Shown: positions 1-10,645, counted from the first letter of the stretch. The stretch is 64,000 nt of DNA from Sedimentisphaerales bacterium (GCA_963663965.2 CAXXFK010000007.1:139517-203516); one strand, 5' to 3'. The notes: a model not told the origin generated them from the sequence alone. Numbers and translations: made by a program.

Positions 1-3000
1 TTTCGCCGTAAAGATACCATAAATATGCCCCGTCCGGGGCCAGTTCTGTTCCGAGGCGAGCCAGGTTAACCGCGTCTTGATGATGCCCCAGGTCCATTAG
101 CAAATGGATAGTCCGTTCGCGCAAATCAATACTTTCCGGGATTCTCTCCAATCCCTTTTGGGCGGCTGCCAGTGCCCGTGAATAATCGCCCATCGAATAA
201 TACAGGTAGCCCGCATCCAGCCAGGATCGTTCATTAGCCGGATTCAGTTCGCAACCGGCTTCCATCAGTGCGACGGCCTGGTCGGCCTGTCCCTGACGCA
301 ACAGAACTTCGGCCAGTTCCAATCGGGCCCGGGCCTGGCGCGGTTGCTGTTGGATAATCTGTTTCAGAACCGGAACCTGTTTTTCGTCATCGGATAAAAT
401 GTCATAGGCCATGGCCAGCGACATTTTCAGGTCGAAGTTATTGGGGTATTTTTTCATTTGCGGCAAAATGATCTCGATCGCGCGTCGGGCATCCTGCCGG
501 CCCTGGCCAAAATGCAGCAGCAAATCAATATTTGCTTCGATCAATGCCGGATCCTGCGGGGCGCGTTTGCGCCAGGGTTCGATGAGCGCCTCGGCCCGCT
601 TCACGCCATGTCGGCGCGCTATATTCAAAATAACGGTACGCGCGTTCCATAAGAATCCAGTTGTCTTAAACAGGTTTTCTTCGAGGATTGCAATGATGCC
701 GGCTTGTTTTTCCGCTGGTAAATGATCGTAGCAATCCCAGATGGCATGATAACACGCGGAATATTCCGGATTAATTGCCAGCGCTTGTTCTATCAACTTG
801 CCGGCCTGGTTATAATCGCCTTTTGCCAGGGCCACCTGATGGCCGAAGAGTATGGTGCGTGAATTGTGGGGTGATAATCGAATCAAAGTCTGTTCGATTT
901 GTTGAATCTCATCCATCAGGCTTTCGCGCTGATCAGGTGATGCCAGGCCAAACCGGTGCAGCAGTAATCGCCCCAGTTTTTCCCAACCCCAGCTATCCAG
1001 GGGATTACGTGCCGCGCGGTCGCGCAATAAAGCTTCGCCCCCTTCCGTTTCGAAGTTGTCGTTCAATTCATCCAGATAGATTTCTTCGTAGGTGTCGTTA
1101 TGGGGATTATCTGCCAGCCACTGGGAAGCTACCGATAGGGTTGCCTTGCGTCCCTGTTCCTGCCGGAGTTGGGTAAGATATTCGCGCCGGGCATTCATAT
1201 TATGCGGTTCTGTTTCCATCCACAACCGGCACGATATCAAGGCGTTTCGCCAATCGCCCTTAAGATCGTAATAATAAACCGCCGCTTCACAATAGGGTTC
1301 CATATCGCCTGTGGCGCGCAATTTTTCCAGGGTCGTTTCGGCCTGTTCCCACATTCCGTGCCAGGCTTGAAATCGTACCGCAAACGATTCAATCCGGGTA
1401 TCATCTGGCCTGACTTCGCGCGCTTGCGCCAAAACATTCAGCGCTTCTTCCGGATAGCCGTAATCCATCAAGGCGTCAATCCAGGTAATCCAGGCGCCGG
1501 CTCCCTTGACCAGTCGCCCGAGTTTTTCGGTCCGGTCAGACAGAAAGGCCAGGGCCTCCTGTTGTCGATTGGCCGAGCGCAAGGCATCGGCCAGGGCCCG
1601 GGCATAGTGGTCATTGGTGGGCTCCAGGTTGCAGGCAAGCCGCAGAAACAATTCGCTGCGAGCCTCCTGGCCCTGCCAGATATACATGTCGCCCAGGGCG
1701 TGATAAAGTCCGCTGTTGGTAATTTCCCGGTTCAGAGTATCCCGCAGCATTCGAATGGCCTGATCCCGGCCTTCGTGAGAATAACCCAACAGTTCCGCGT
1801 ATTCCATGACGTAAAAGCCCGGAGGATACAACCATTGTTGGGCTTCCTGGGCACCGGGAATGCGACCTTGTTCAACAATTTCAGCCATGACTTCACGCAT
1901 ACGGGCGGAGTCACGCGTTAACCGTAAATGGAATAGCAACTCGTTGCGCACACTTATGCTATCCGGATATTCCGTCAATAAAACCTCTTCCTGCTGGATA
2001 GCGCCATAGAGATTGCCCAGCTGCCCCTGATGATAAGCCTGCAACCGCCGGGCCATCGGCAGCCGGCCATAATCAGCAGTCAGTTTATCAATAATATCCT
2101 GGCAGGAACATGCGCCCTGGGTTTCCCTCAGTAGGCGATAGGCATTTGTCGCTGTTATTGGCGCGCTGTCTTCCTCTGGTATCAGATCCAACAAAGCGGC
2201 CTGATCCGCCGGAACGATTGCCAGCCCTTCCGGCCCGAATGGCCCATCGATTTCGTCCAGCATATCCTGTAGAATCAGATCCCATCGTTCCTGCGAAGGA
2301 TCGTGTGAAATGAAAAATCCGCACCGGTCATCATAGCCAATCATGGCGGTTGCGTGGGCAGAACCGATATATTGGATCATAATGACGAAGGGTAATCCCG
2401 CGTCCAGCAGCTGGCGGGCCAGCCCGGCCCGGACAATAAATGATTTGGTGGCATAGCCTTTTTCCCGCAGCCAGTTGACGGCCAGCCAGGTCGGGGTACC
2501 ATCGTAGGTCATGGCCCGGGCCAGTTCTTTTTCATCTAATTCATGGCCGAAGCGGCCCAAAACAGCGGCGATGCTGCAAGGCAGACAGGTCAGGTGTTCC
2601 TGATAGACCGGACGGTATGAAACGATCTTTTGTTGCCCCTGCTGATTTTCCTTCAGATTGGCGGCCACTTTACGGTAGAATGGATGGGCGATTTCACGTG
2701 AATAACGGGTCATTTTCTCATAATCGCCCGCCAGCATGGCTGCCCACATCTGGATATGACGGTACCGTTGTTTCGTTTCCCGGCAGGCCAGTGGAGCGAA
2801 TGTGTCCAGTTGTTCGCAGCGGGTATCCATTGCGCTGGCAATTGCCCTTTTTTCATTGCCGCCCATACGTTCCGCGCGGATCGACATGGTCCATAATGAC
2901 ATACCGCAGTTTTCCCAGCAGGGCGCCTCGTCTGCCAGCCTCTGAGCTTCCCGGCAGGCTTCATCCAGCCGGCCCAGCTTGACCAGGGCGCGGCCATATA

Positions 3001-3559
3001 TGCTGACCAGGGCAGGAAAACGATGGCCGGTTGCGATTAATCCCGCCGCAAGTTCGTAAGCGCGATCCCATCGATCCAGATAAAAGTGGGCCCAGGATTC
3101 ACAACAGTCTATCCATTCCGTTCGGGAAGTTTCTTTACGGGCCCGGGCCAGTTGATCCCAGGCCCGGTCACTGTCACGCACGCGCGCCCACAGCATGGCC
3201 TGGCCGGCCCGCCAACTGCTGTCCCAGTCCGGATTACCTGAATCCAGGCCGGGGTGCCGGGCCAGATATTCCAGGTCATCGATAAATTTATATTTTTTAC
3301 GCCCACAATCCCGGCAGTATAACCGAACAACCGGATGTTCCGGTTCGCGCAGATAAGCCTGTCGAAACAGCCGGCGACTCAATCGCTGTCCACCCAGCCG
3401 GTTTCCCAGCCGCCCGGCGAACACCAGCTGTTCAACCGTCATTTGCTCCAGGATGGTTGCATCCTGCCACCATTCCCGCGTGCACTCCCACGCCTCGAGA
3501 TAACGACTCCGGTCATACAACCCCACCAGCTCGTTATAATCCAGTTCCGCAATTTCCAT
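1..3559 (-). CDS. Large TPR-repeat protein with an internal papain-fold (peptidase C39-like) domain; truncated by the window edge (>1186 aa)
   Basis: Hand translation from the ATG at 3559 (RBS AGGAG upstream) gives MEIAELDYNELVGLYDRSRY... It is absent from the ORF track, consistent with no stop before the window edge. Motifs QEHLTC (Cys325), AHATAMIGYDD (His402) and SHDP (Asp420) fit a C39-like triad, and TPR-like helical repeats lie on both sides. Confidence 0.8.
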   Translation of the reverse strand, partial: MEIAELDYNELVGLYDRSRYLEAWECTREWWQDATILEQMTVEQLVFAGRLGNRLGGQRLSRRLFRQAYLREPEHPVVRLYCRDCGRKKYKFIDDLEYLARHPGLDSGNPDWDSSWRAGQAMLWARVRDSDRAWDQLARARKETSRTEWIDCCESWAHFYLDRWDRAYELAAGLIATGHRFPALVSIYGRALVKLGRLDEACREAQRLADEAPCWENCGMSLWTMSIRAERMGGNEKRAIASAMDTRCEQLDTFAPLACRETKQRYRHIQMWAAMLAGDYEKMTRYSREIAHPFYRKVAANLKENQQGQQKIVSYRPVYQEHLTCLPCSIAAVLGRFGHELDEKELARAMTYDGTPTWLAVNWLREKGYATKSFIVRAGLARQLLDAGLPFVIMIQYIGSAHATAMIGYDDRCGFFISHDPSQERWDLILQDMLDEIDGPFGPEGLAIVPADQAALLDLIPEEDSAPITATNAYRLLRETQGACSCQDIIDKLTADYGRLPMARRLQAYHQGQLGNLYGAIQQEEVLLTEYPDSISVRNELLFHLRLTRDSARMREVMAEIVEQGRIPGAQEAQQWLYPPGFYVMEYAELLGYSHEGRDQAIRMLRDTLNREITNSGLYHALGDMYIWQGQEARSELFLRLACNLEPTNDHYARALADALRSANRQQEALAFLSDRTEKLGRLVKGAGAWITWIDALMDYGYPEEALNVLAQAREVRPDDTRIESFAVRFQAWHGMWEQAETTLEKLRATGDMEPYCEAAVYYYDLKGDWRNALISCRLWMETEPHNMNARREYLTQLRQEQGRKATLSVASQWLADNPHNDTYEEIYLDELNDNFETEGGEALLRDRAARNPLDSWGWEKLGRLLLHRFGLASPDQRESLMDEIQQIEQTLIRLSPHNSRTILFGHQVALAKGDYNQAGKLIEQALAINPEYSACYHAIWDCYDHLPAEKQAGIIAILEENLFKTTGFLWNARTVILNIARRHGVKRAEALIEPWRKRAPQDPALIEANIDLLLHFGQGRQDARRAIEIILPQMKKYPNNFDLKMSLAMAYDILSDDEKQVPVLKQIIQQQPRQARARLELAEVLLRQGQADQAVALMEAGCELNPANERSWLDAGYLYYSMGDYSRALAAAQKGLERIPESIDLRERTIHLLMDLGHHQDAVNLARLGTELAPDGAYLWYLYGE

Positions 3560-3790
3560 GCCGTCTCCTGTTGTTCTCGGATATATCGTTCCAGTTTTTA
3601 AGAAAATCTCCAGCATAAAACAACATTTTTTGGTCAATACCAATCTACCACGGCAGATAAAATAAATATTCCGGCTCAAAATAACTCTACCGGGCAAAAT
3701 CTATTTTAAGCTTTTTTATGACTCTCTCCAACTAGAAATAGTCATATTGTTTTTATTAAAATACACATTAACCTTCAATGTTTTATGTAT

Positions 3791-3986
3791 GGGCCGCCCA
3801 TTTTGTACGCTTATAATTTCATGTTCTTGACAAACCCAATTTGGAATATCTATCTTGTTATTATATTCGGTGAAATAAAATTGCCATCCGGCTCTAAACA
3901 AACCCAATTAACCCGTATTTCATGATAACTATAGCTTAACATTCGACTTATGAATGATTATCTGAGATAAATCAAACGAACCCTAT
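3791..3986 (+). repeat. Degenerate copy of the dispersed intergenic element (GGGCCGCCCA box plus 3 AC(A/G)AACCC repeats)
   Basis: GGGCCGCCCA at 3791-3800; ACAAACCCAAT at 3830 and 3898; ACGAACCCTAT at 3976. Same order as the copies at ~21.1-21.5 kb and ~43.5-43.9 kb, but no clear promoter or boxA. Confidence 0.55.
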
Positions 3987-4177
3987 GACTGAACGTCTAT
4001 TACGATTTGGCTGGATTTTGCCGACACATCGGGTAAAATGAGAAAATAGAGTAACTATCGACGCGCTTGCCGGGTCAAAATCCGGGTAAGTGCTTTTGAT
4101 TATTGAAAATTAAGGACTTATGGGACCCATACCTCCCCTGTGGGGTGTTGATGGATTCTCGATGGATAATTAAACCA

Positions 4178-6922
4178 ATGGCAGAAGATAAGCCTGAAGA
4201 CAAAAAAAATGAGAAGAAACCAGTTGATATATCCAAATTGCTTGATGATCTGAGTTCTTCAATCGATACCAGTAATGAAGATCTGGAAAAGGTTGATATT
4301 AAATCCAAGCTGGTCAATCAGCCACGGCAGCCCATTGTCGTGCAAAATACCACCCGCAAAACGAATCCGACTGAACCTGAAACCAAGGCGCCCTCGCAAA
4401 ATTCTACCAAATCGAATCATGAAATTCATGATGACGAGGAGGAAGGTTTCGAAATTCCCGGTGAGATCGGTATTATCGCCCTGCGTAATGTTGTGGTATT
4501 CCCAGGAACGGTGATGCCTCTGGCAATCGGCCGGCCGCGCAGTCGGCGCCTGATCAATGAACTGGCTACCGGTGTCGTTCGGGGCAATAGTGTGATGATC
4601 GAAAATCCACCGCAACACTCTTCCGACAAGATTGTTGGTGTGATTGCCCAGAGAAATCCCGAAACCGATGATCCCAGTTATGATGACTTATATTCTGTGG
4701 GCGCCATTGTTGGAGTACTGAAGCGGCTCAAGCTGCCCGATGGTAATAATAGTGTTGTCGTTCACGGCCTGACCCGCTTTCGGGTGGTTGAATGGCTGGG
4801 CAAAGATCCGTATCTGCGTGCCCGGATTGAGGTAATACAATCCAATTTTACCCAGACCAAAAAAATGGATGCCCAGATTAACAATATCCATTCGATGGCC
4901 CGAAAAATGATCGAGCTGTCAACCAATATCCCGGATGAAGTTCAGGTTATTTTGCAAAATATCGATGATCCCGGCGCCTTATGTGATTTTCTCGCGGCCA
5001 ATATCAATATTTCGATTGCAGAAAAACAGGAAATTCTTGAGCTGACCGATGTGAACCGGCGACTCGATAAGTTATCCATCTCGCTGGCCAGTCAATTGGA
5101 ATTGTTGGAACTCAGCGCCAAGATTCAGAGTAAGGTTCATAAGTCTATCGATAAATCACAGCGCGAATATTATCTTCAGGAACAACTCAAGGCAATCCAG
5201 AAAGAACTGGGGGTTGCCGACCAGAAATCCGCCGAAATCGATGAATTGCGCGAACAGATTCTTGAAGCAGGGATGCCTGAGAAGGTGGAAGCCGAGGCCC
5301 TGCGCGAACTGGACCGGCTCGATAAGATACCTATGATGAGCCCGGAATTCAGTGTTCAGCGTAATTATCTGGAATGGCTCTGCGAATTGCCCTGGTCTCA
5401 ATCGACCCAGGACAAGCTCAATATTGCCTCGGCTCGACGCATATTGAATACAGACCATTATGGATTGGATAAAGTTAAAAAGCGGATTCTCGAATTCCTT
5501 GCAGTTCGTAAGCTGAATCCGGACGGCCGCAGCCCGATCCTTTGCTTTGCCGGCCCGCCGGGAGTGGGCAAAACATCGCTGGGACGGAGTATCGCCCGCA
5601 GTATGGGGCGCAAGTTCGTGCGAGTTTCATTAGGTGGCATACGCGACGAAGCGGACATTCGCGGTCATCGCCGCACTTATATAGGCGCACTGCCCGGTCG
5701 GATTATCCAGGAGTTGCGGAAATGTGAGAGCAACAATCCGGTATTCATGCTGGACGAACTGGATAAAATCGGCCAGGATTTCCGGGGCGATCCGGCCTCG
5801 GCGTTACTGGAAGTGCTCGATCCTGAGCAGAACTTTTCATTTACCGATCATTTTATCGAACAGCCGTTTGATCTATCCAGAGTCATGTTCATCGGCACGG
5901 CGAATTATCTGGGCAATGTGCCGCCCGCGCTGCGCGACCGGCTCGAAGTTATCGAGATTCCGGGTTATACCGCTTTGGAAAAAATGAATATTGCCAGAAA
6001 ATATCTGGTTCCGCGCCAGATGAAGGAAAACGGTCTGTCCGAAAAACAAATTCAAATCAAAGATGATGCGCTTGAGACGATTATCGAGTCATATACCCGT
6101 GAAGCCGGTGTACGTAATCTGGACCGCGAGATCGCTTCGGTGTGTCGAGCGATTGCCGCTGAGGTTGCTGAAGGCAAACGAAAAAGCGCAACGGTTACTG
6201 GGAACCAATTGGTCAAGATACTTGGGCCGGTCAAATACGAATCCGAGTTGGCGCTGCGTACCAGTGTGCCCGGCGTGGCTACCGGTTTGGCCTATACTCC
6301 CGTTGGCGGCGATATTCTGTTTATCGAAACTACGCTAACGCCCGGCAAGGGCCAGTTGATTCTGACCGGTCAATTGGGCGATGTGATGAAAGAAAGCGCC
6401 CAGGCGGCCCTGAGCGTGTTGAAGAGTCTGGCCTTGCAAAAGAACAAGTTCCGTGATGCGAATCTTCGTCGCTTGTCAGAAATTGCGGCTGACGAAAAAA
6501 CACTGGTTCAAAATGATTTACATGTCCATGTTCCTGCCGGCGCGATTCCCAAAGATGGCCCTTCGGCGGGTATCGCGCTGTTTACTTCAATTGCGTCGCT
6601 ATTGCTGGATATTCCCGTTAACAAAGAAGTGGCCATGACCGGTGAAATCACCCTGCGCGGCACCGTTCTGCCTATTGGAGGCCTTAAAGAAAAAATCCTT
6701 GCCGCCAAACAAGCCGGAATCAAAACGGTTATTATCCCGGAACGCAATAAAAAAGACCTTATCGACCTTACCAAAGACGTTACCAAAGGATTGACTTTCG
6801 TTCCGGTGAGTAAAGTCGACAAAGTGATTCAAACGGCGTTACAGGCTGAAATTGCCAACCCGCTAAAGAGTTCTAAAAAAGCCGTAGAACGAAAATCTGG
6901 CAAAAAGAATAATGATACCTGA
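4178..6922 (+). CDS. lon: ATP-dependent Lon protease
   Basis: LON N-domain, Walker A GPPGVGKT, RRTYIGALPG, PKDGPSAG (catalytic Ser), TGEITLRG. Start placed at the ATG at 4178 (MAEDKPED) rather than the TTG at 4103. Confidence 0.96.
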   Translation: MAEDKPEDKKNEKKPVDISKLLDDLSSSIDTSNEDLEKVDIKSKLVNQPRQPIVVQNTTRKTNPTEPETKAPSQNSTKSNHEIHDDEEEGFEIPGEIGIIALRNVVVFPGTVMPLAIGRPRSRRLINELATGVVRGNSVMIENPPQHSSDKIVGVIAQRNPETDDPSYDDLYSVGAIVGVLKRLKLPDGNNSVVVHGLTRFRVVEWLGKDPYLRARIEVIQSNFTQTKKMDAQINNIHSMARKMIELSTNIPDEVQVILQNIDDPGALCDFLAANINISIAEKQEILELTDVNRRLDKLSISLASQLELLELSAKIQSKVHKSIDKSQREYYLQEQLKAIQKELGVADQKSAEIDELREQILEAGMPEKVEAEALRELDRLDKIPMMSPEFSVQRNYLEWLCELPWSQSTQDKLNIASARRILNTDHYGLDKVKKRILEFLAVRKLNPDGRSPILCFAGPPGVGKTSLGRSIARSMGRKFVRVSLGGIRDEADIRGHRRTYIGALPGRIIQELRKCESNNPVFMLDELDKIGQDFRGDPASALLEVLDPEQNFSFTDHFIEQPFDLSRVMFIGTANYLGNVPPALRDRLEVIEIPGYTALEKMNIARKYLVPRQMKENGLSEKQIQIKDDALETIIESYTREAGVRNLDREIASVCRAIAAEVAEGKRKSATVTGNQLVKILGPVKYESELALRTSVPGVATGLAYTPVGGDILFIETTLTPGKGQLILTGQLGDVMKESAQAALSVLKSLALQKNKFRDANLRRLSEIAADEKTLVQNDLHVHVPAGAIPKDGPSAGIALFTSIASLLLDIPVNKEVAMTGEITLRGTVLPIGGLKEKILAAKQAGIKTVIIPERNKKDLIDLTKDVTKGLTFVPVSKVDKVIQTALQAEIANPLKSSKKAVERKSGKKNNDT

Positions 6923-6924
6923 CC

Positions 6925-7311
6925 ATGAGTAATGAAGCTCATTTAATTGTATCCCAGCATGGTAAGACTTCAGTCATCTCTTTTGATGATGCGGTTATTT
7001 TAGACGCGTTTCACATTGATTTAATCAGCCAGAGGTTTTTTGCCTTAGTTGAACGGGAGGGCCATCATCGACTGGCTATCGATTTATCTACTATTAAAAT
7101 GATCAGTTCTCAAACCCTGGGAGTATTTATCAAATTGAAGAAAATCGCCGAAGAGCGCGGCGGGGATGTCGTTTTCTGCGGTATTGATCCCAGGCTTTAC
7201 AAAGTATTTAAAATTACCAGTCTTGATCGACTGTTCCGTTTTTTCGAGGATCGCCAGCAGGCGATGGAATTTTTTTTGACCTGTGATTCTCAAGAAGAGA
7301 TCAACGAATAA
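6925..7311 (+). CDS. STAS-domain anti-sigma-factor antagonist
   Basis: 128 aa; IDLSTIKMISSQTLG resembles the STAS phospho-Ser motif; VFKITSLD at the C-terminus. Confidence 0.85.
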   Translation: MSNEAHLIVSQHGKTSVISFDDAVILDAFHIDLISQRFFALVEREGHHRLAIDLSTIKMISSQTLGVFIKLKKIAEERGGDVVFCGIDPRLYKVFKITSLDRLFRFFEDRQQAMEFFLTCDSQEEINE

Positions 7312-7328
7312 AATTATGAGGTAAACAT

Positions 7329-7787
7329 ATGCAAGCAGAAATTCAATTTTCAGTTTTTCTGGTCAACAAACCCGGGATTCTTTCACATGTATTGGACGCG
7401 CTTGCGAATGCCAAGGTGAATATTATTGCCATGACGATGATGGACTCGGTAGAGCATGGCGTATTAAGGCTGGTCTGTGCCCAACCGGAACATGCCCGGG
7501 CAGTGCTCAAGGGACTTAATCTTCAAATCAACGAAACCGAGGTACTCTGTGTTACTCTGGCAAATCACGCCGGCGCATTGGCTGAGGTAGCGACCAAACT
7601 CTCGGCCGCGCATATCAATATAAATTACTGTTACGTTACCGCAGGCGCCCGCGGCGGCAAAACCACCGGGGTTCTCAAGGTGGCGGATCTTAAAAAAGCG
7701 ATTAAAGTATTGAACGGCACGAGCGTCAAGGCGAAGACCGTAAAAAAAATAGCCCATCAGACCAAGCCCCGGGGCAAGAGCCGCTAA
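7329..7787 (+). CDS. Tandem ACT-domain protein
   Basis: QFSVFLVNKPGIL...VNIIAM and LANHAGALAEV...INYCY form two ACT repeats. Confidence 0.88.
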   Translation: MQAEIQFSVFLVNKPGILSHVLDALANAKVNIIAMTMMDSVEHGVLRLVCAQPEHARAVLKGLNLQINETEVLCVTLANHAGALAEVATKLSAAHININYCYVTAGARGGKTTGVLKVADLKKAIKVLNGTSVKAKTVKKIAHQTKPRGKSR

Positions 7788-8354
7788 TCTTTTACATGTG
7801 AAAGTTTGCGCGCAATATTAAAGAAATCTTAATTGGGGGGAAAATACTGCCGGGATCCCCTGTTTGGCTCCGGCGTTGCCGGGTTAGGATTTGGAGGACA
7901 CGAATTTCGATAATGTATCAAAAAAGAGAGAAGATAATAAGTTGTCGAGATAAAAAAGTGAGGACAATCGATCGGGGTATTTCTGAAAGAAGGATTTCCG
8001 TTTCATAAGAAAAATGTAGTATTTGAGCCATAGATTATTAAATAAGATAATGGCATAGCCATCCATCAGGAATGGTTCGTAGATCTGTTAGTATTTTATG
8101 TTAGGGAAAAATAATGAATACGCGTTGGCCAAATATTTAAAGTCGTGTATAATTCAAGTGTGTCCATAAGGGCATCTGGTTTTGCCTTTTTCTATTCAGC
8201 GTGACCATGAAACATAACAATACGCATAAGAGGGTAGAGAATTCGTTCCATATTCGGGATAGTTATTCTAGCCGGTTATTCTCCGATCAGTATTTATCTG
8301 TTATTTGAGCCAGGTAGAACTTGTTAGAAGTTATTCAATAAGCGAGATGGTTTT

Positions 8355-10514
8355 ATGACGACCCAAACATATAATCCGTGCAGAGTTTTTATAACGGGAT
8401 TTATGATTTTACTGGGCTGGGTTAGCCAGGGAAGGGGCCAAAACAGTGACAGCTACACTGTTTTGGGCTGGAATAATCTCGGGATGCATTGTCTGGATGC
8501 GGATTTTTCCGTTTTCAGCATATTGCCGCCCTACAACAGTATTTTTGTCCAGGTGATCGATGCTCAGGGGCGCCTCGTTAATGTCCCAGGAAACCTGTCG
8601 GTAACTTATCACGCCGTGGCCGATCCGGACGGTTCGATCAATACCTCTTCTATCGGGAAAACCAATTTCTGGCAATATGCCGATAAATTATTTGGCCTTC
8701 CGGCCCCCCTGCCCCTAGATACTGGTCTGCCGGTGCCCGGCCCCCAAGGATACGCCATGCCCGGTCAGGCGAACACCCCCCAGTCGATGAACTGGGAAGT
8801 CGGCATGAACTGGTTTGCGGCGTATGGCATTCCGATTGTCCCGCTGGACGATTCGTTACAACCGAATACATATCCCCTCATGCAGCTGACAGTTCAGTCG
8901 GGCGGCGTCACCCTGGGATCAACGGATATTGTCCTGCCGGTCTCGGATGAGATGGATTGCAGCGCCTGTCACGCCTCTGGTTCCGGCCCAGCCGCGCAGC
9001 CTGCGGCCGGATGGGTTTACGCGTCGGACCACCAACGGGATTACCGCTTGAATATCTTGCGCTTTCACGATGAAGAAATGGGGTCAGATTCGGATTTCCA
9101 GTCGGCGCTGGCGGCGGTTGGGTATAATTCAGAAGGTCTTTACGCGACGGTTGTCTCCGGCGGAACTCCGGTCTTGTGCGCCAGTTGCCACTTGTCAGAA
9201 GCGCTGCCCGGCAGCGGTCACGGCGATATCCCGCCCTTGACTCAGGCGGTCCATAATGCCCATGCCGGCGTAATTGATCCGACTAACGGGATGATACTCA
9301 ACAGCAGCCTGAATCGTTCGGCCTGTTATCGCTGTCATCCCGGCTCTGAGACCCGCTGTTTGCGCGGGGCCATGGGCAAGGCGGTTGCCGCGGACGGCTC
9401 AATGGCCATGCAATGTCAGAGTTGTCATGGCTCGATGAGCGACGTCGGGAATCCCGGCCGGGTGGGCTGGCTGGATGAACCATCCTGTCAAAGTTGTCAC
9501 ACGGGCACAGTCACTCATAATAACAATCAGATTCGTTACACCACGGTTTTCACCGCACTCGGCATAATGCGTGAGGCGGTTGATCAAACTTTTGCGACCA
9601 ATCCCGATACACCTGCCAATGGTTTATCACTCTATCGGTTTTCCAAAGGGCACGGGGGATTATATTGTCAGGCCTGTCATGGCTCAACCCATGCGGAGTT
9701 TCCAACGTCACATCAGAACGATAATCTTTATAGCATTCAACATCAGAGCCACGAGGGGATGCTTGCCGACTGCCTGACTTGCCATGCCTCGATGCCCAAT
9801 ACCGTAAATGGAGGCCCCCATGGCATGCACCCGATTGGACAGGACTGGGTGACCGAGCATCATGACAAGGTTAACGACAATAACCGTGGCACTTGCCGGA
9901 CCTGCCATGGCCTGGATTATACCGGGTCGGTACTATCGGTTGTGCAAGCAGGCCGCACCTTCGATCTGGGCGAGGAGCGCGGCGCCATTACCCTCTGGAG
10001 AGGGTACCAGATTGGGTGTTATTCCTGCCACAATGGCCCCGATGAAGGCGACCGGAATCCCAATACCCCTCCGGTCGTATCCAGTGCGACCGTACTGAAT
10101 TGCGATAATTCCATCATGTCTATTTCCCTGTCTGCCCAGGATCCCCAATCCCAGGCCATGACCCTGCGGGTGATCCGCCAACCAGACCATGGCACGGTGA
10201 GTATATCAGGTAATATTGCCACTTATTATCCCGAATTACCCATGATGTACGGAACGGATTCATTCTATTTCGCCGCAAGGGATGGCCAGCTTGACTCTAA
10301 TCTGGGTACGATAGTGATTAACGCCCGGCTTATAGACGATTTAAATTGCGACAATTTAGTAACGTTGCAAGATTTGACACAATTTACTGCCCAGTGGCTT
10401 GATTCTGCCTGTATCGTTCCCAGTTGGTGTGGCCGGGCCGATCTGGACCGCAGCAGCGCCGTGAACGCAAATGATTTCTCGATATTCTCGCAATACTGGA
10501 ATGAACAGAGATAG
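8355..10514 (+). CDS. Secreted multiheme c-type cytochrome (9 CxxCH) with an Ig-like domain and C-terminal dockerin-like tag
   Basis: N-terminal signal peptide; LGWNNLGMHC N-domain; heme motifs CSACH, CASCH, CYRCH, CQSCH x2, CQACH, CLTCH, CRTCH, CYSCH; Ig-like segment (QPDHGTV...GTDSFYF..DG); duplicated EF-hand-like DLNCDNLVTLQDL..W / DLDRSSAVNANDF..W. Confidence 0.9.
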   Translation: MTTQTYNPCRVFITGFMILLGWVSQGRGQNSDSYTVLGWNNLGMHCLDADFSVFSILPPYNSIFVQVIDAQGRLVNVPGNLSVTYHAVADPDGSINTSSIGKTNFWQYADKLFGLPAPLPLDTGLPVPGPQGYAMPGQANTPQSMNWEVGMNWFAAYGIPIVPLDDSLQPNTYPLMQLTVQSGGVTLGSTDIVLPVSDEMDCSACHASGSGPAAQPAAGWVYASDHQRDYRLNILRFHDEEMGSDSDFQSALAAVGYNSEGLYATVVSGGTPVLCASCHLSEALPGSGHGDIPPLTQAVHNAHAGVIDPTNGMILNSSLNRSACYRCHPGSETRCLRGAMGKAVAADGSMAMQCQSCHGSMSDVGNPGRVGWLDEPSCQSCHTGTVTHNNNQIRYTTVFTALGIMREAVDQTFATNPDTPANGLSLYRFSKGHGGLYCQACHGSTHAEFPTSHQNDNLYSIQHQSHEGMLADCLTCHASMPNTVNGGPHGMHPIGQDWVTEHHDKVNDNNRGTCRTCHGLDYTGSVLSVVQAGRTFDLGEERGAITLWRGYQIGCYSCHNGPDEGDRNPNTPPVVSSATVLNCDNSIMSISLSAQDPQSQAMTLRVIRQPDHGTVSISGNIATYYPELPMMYGTDSFYFAARDGQLDSNLGTIVINARLIDDLNCDNLVTLQDLTQFTAQWLDSACIVPSWCGRADLDRSSAVNANDFSIFSQYWNEQR

Positions 10515-10645
10515 CGGCCGATAAAACAGATTTGACCGCAACCGCTGAAGAATTAGCCCCCGCCCGGTTAATGATGTCATCATCCAAAAGGACGCGGCGG
10601 TCCTATAATATCCTGTTTTGAAATGATTTAGGATTGGGTTTTTCT

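Noticed and set aside
411..3601. Many short ORFs in the track on both strands
   Set aside because: All overlap the single long minus-strand TPR/C39 frame that runs off the window.
4103..4177. TTG-initiated N-terminal extension of Lon (and the similar 20943-21017 extension of yhaM)
   Set aside because: The downstream ATG is the more plausible start in both; the yhaM extension overlaps its promoter and RBS.
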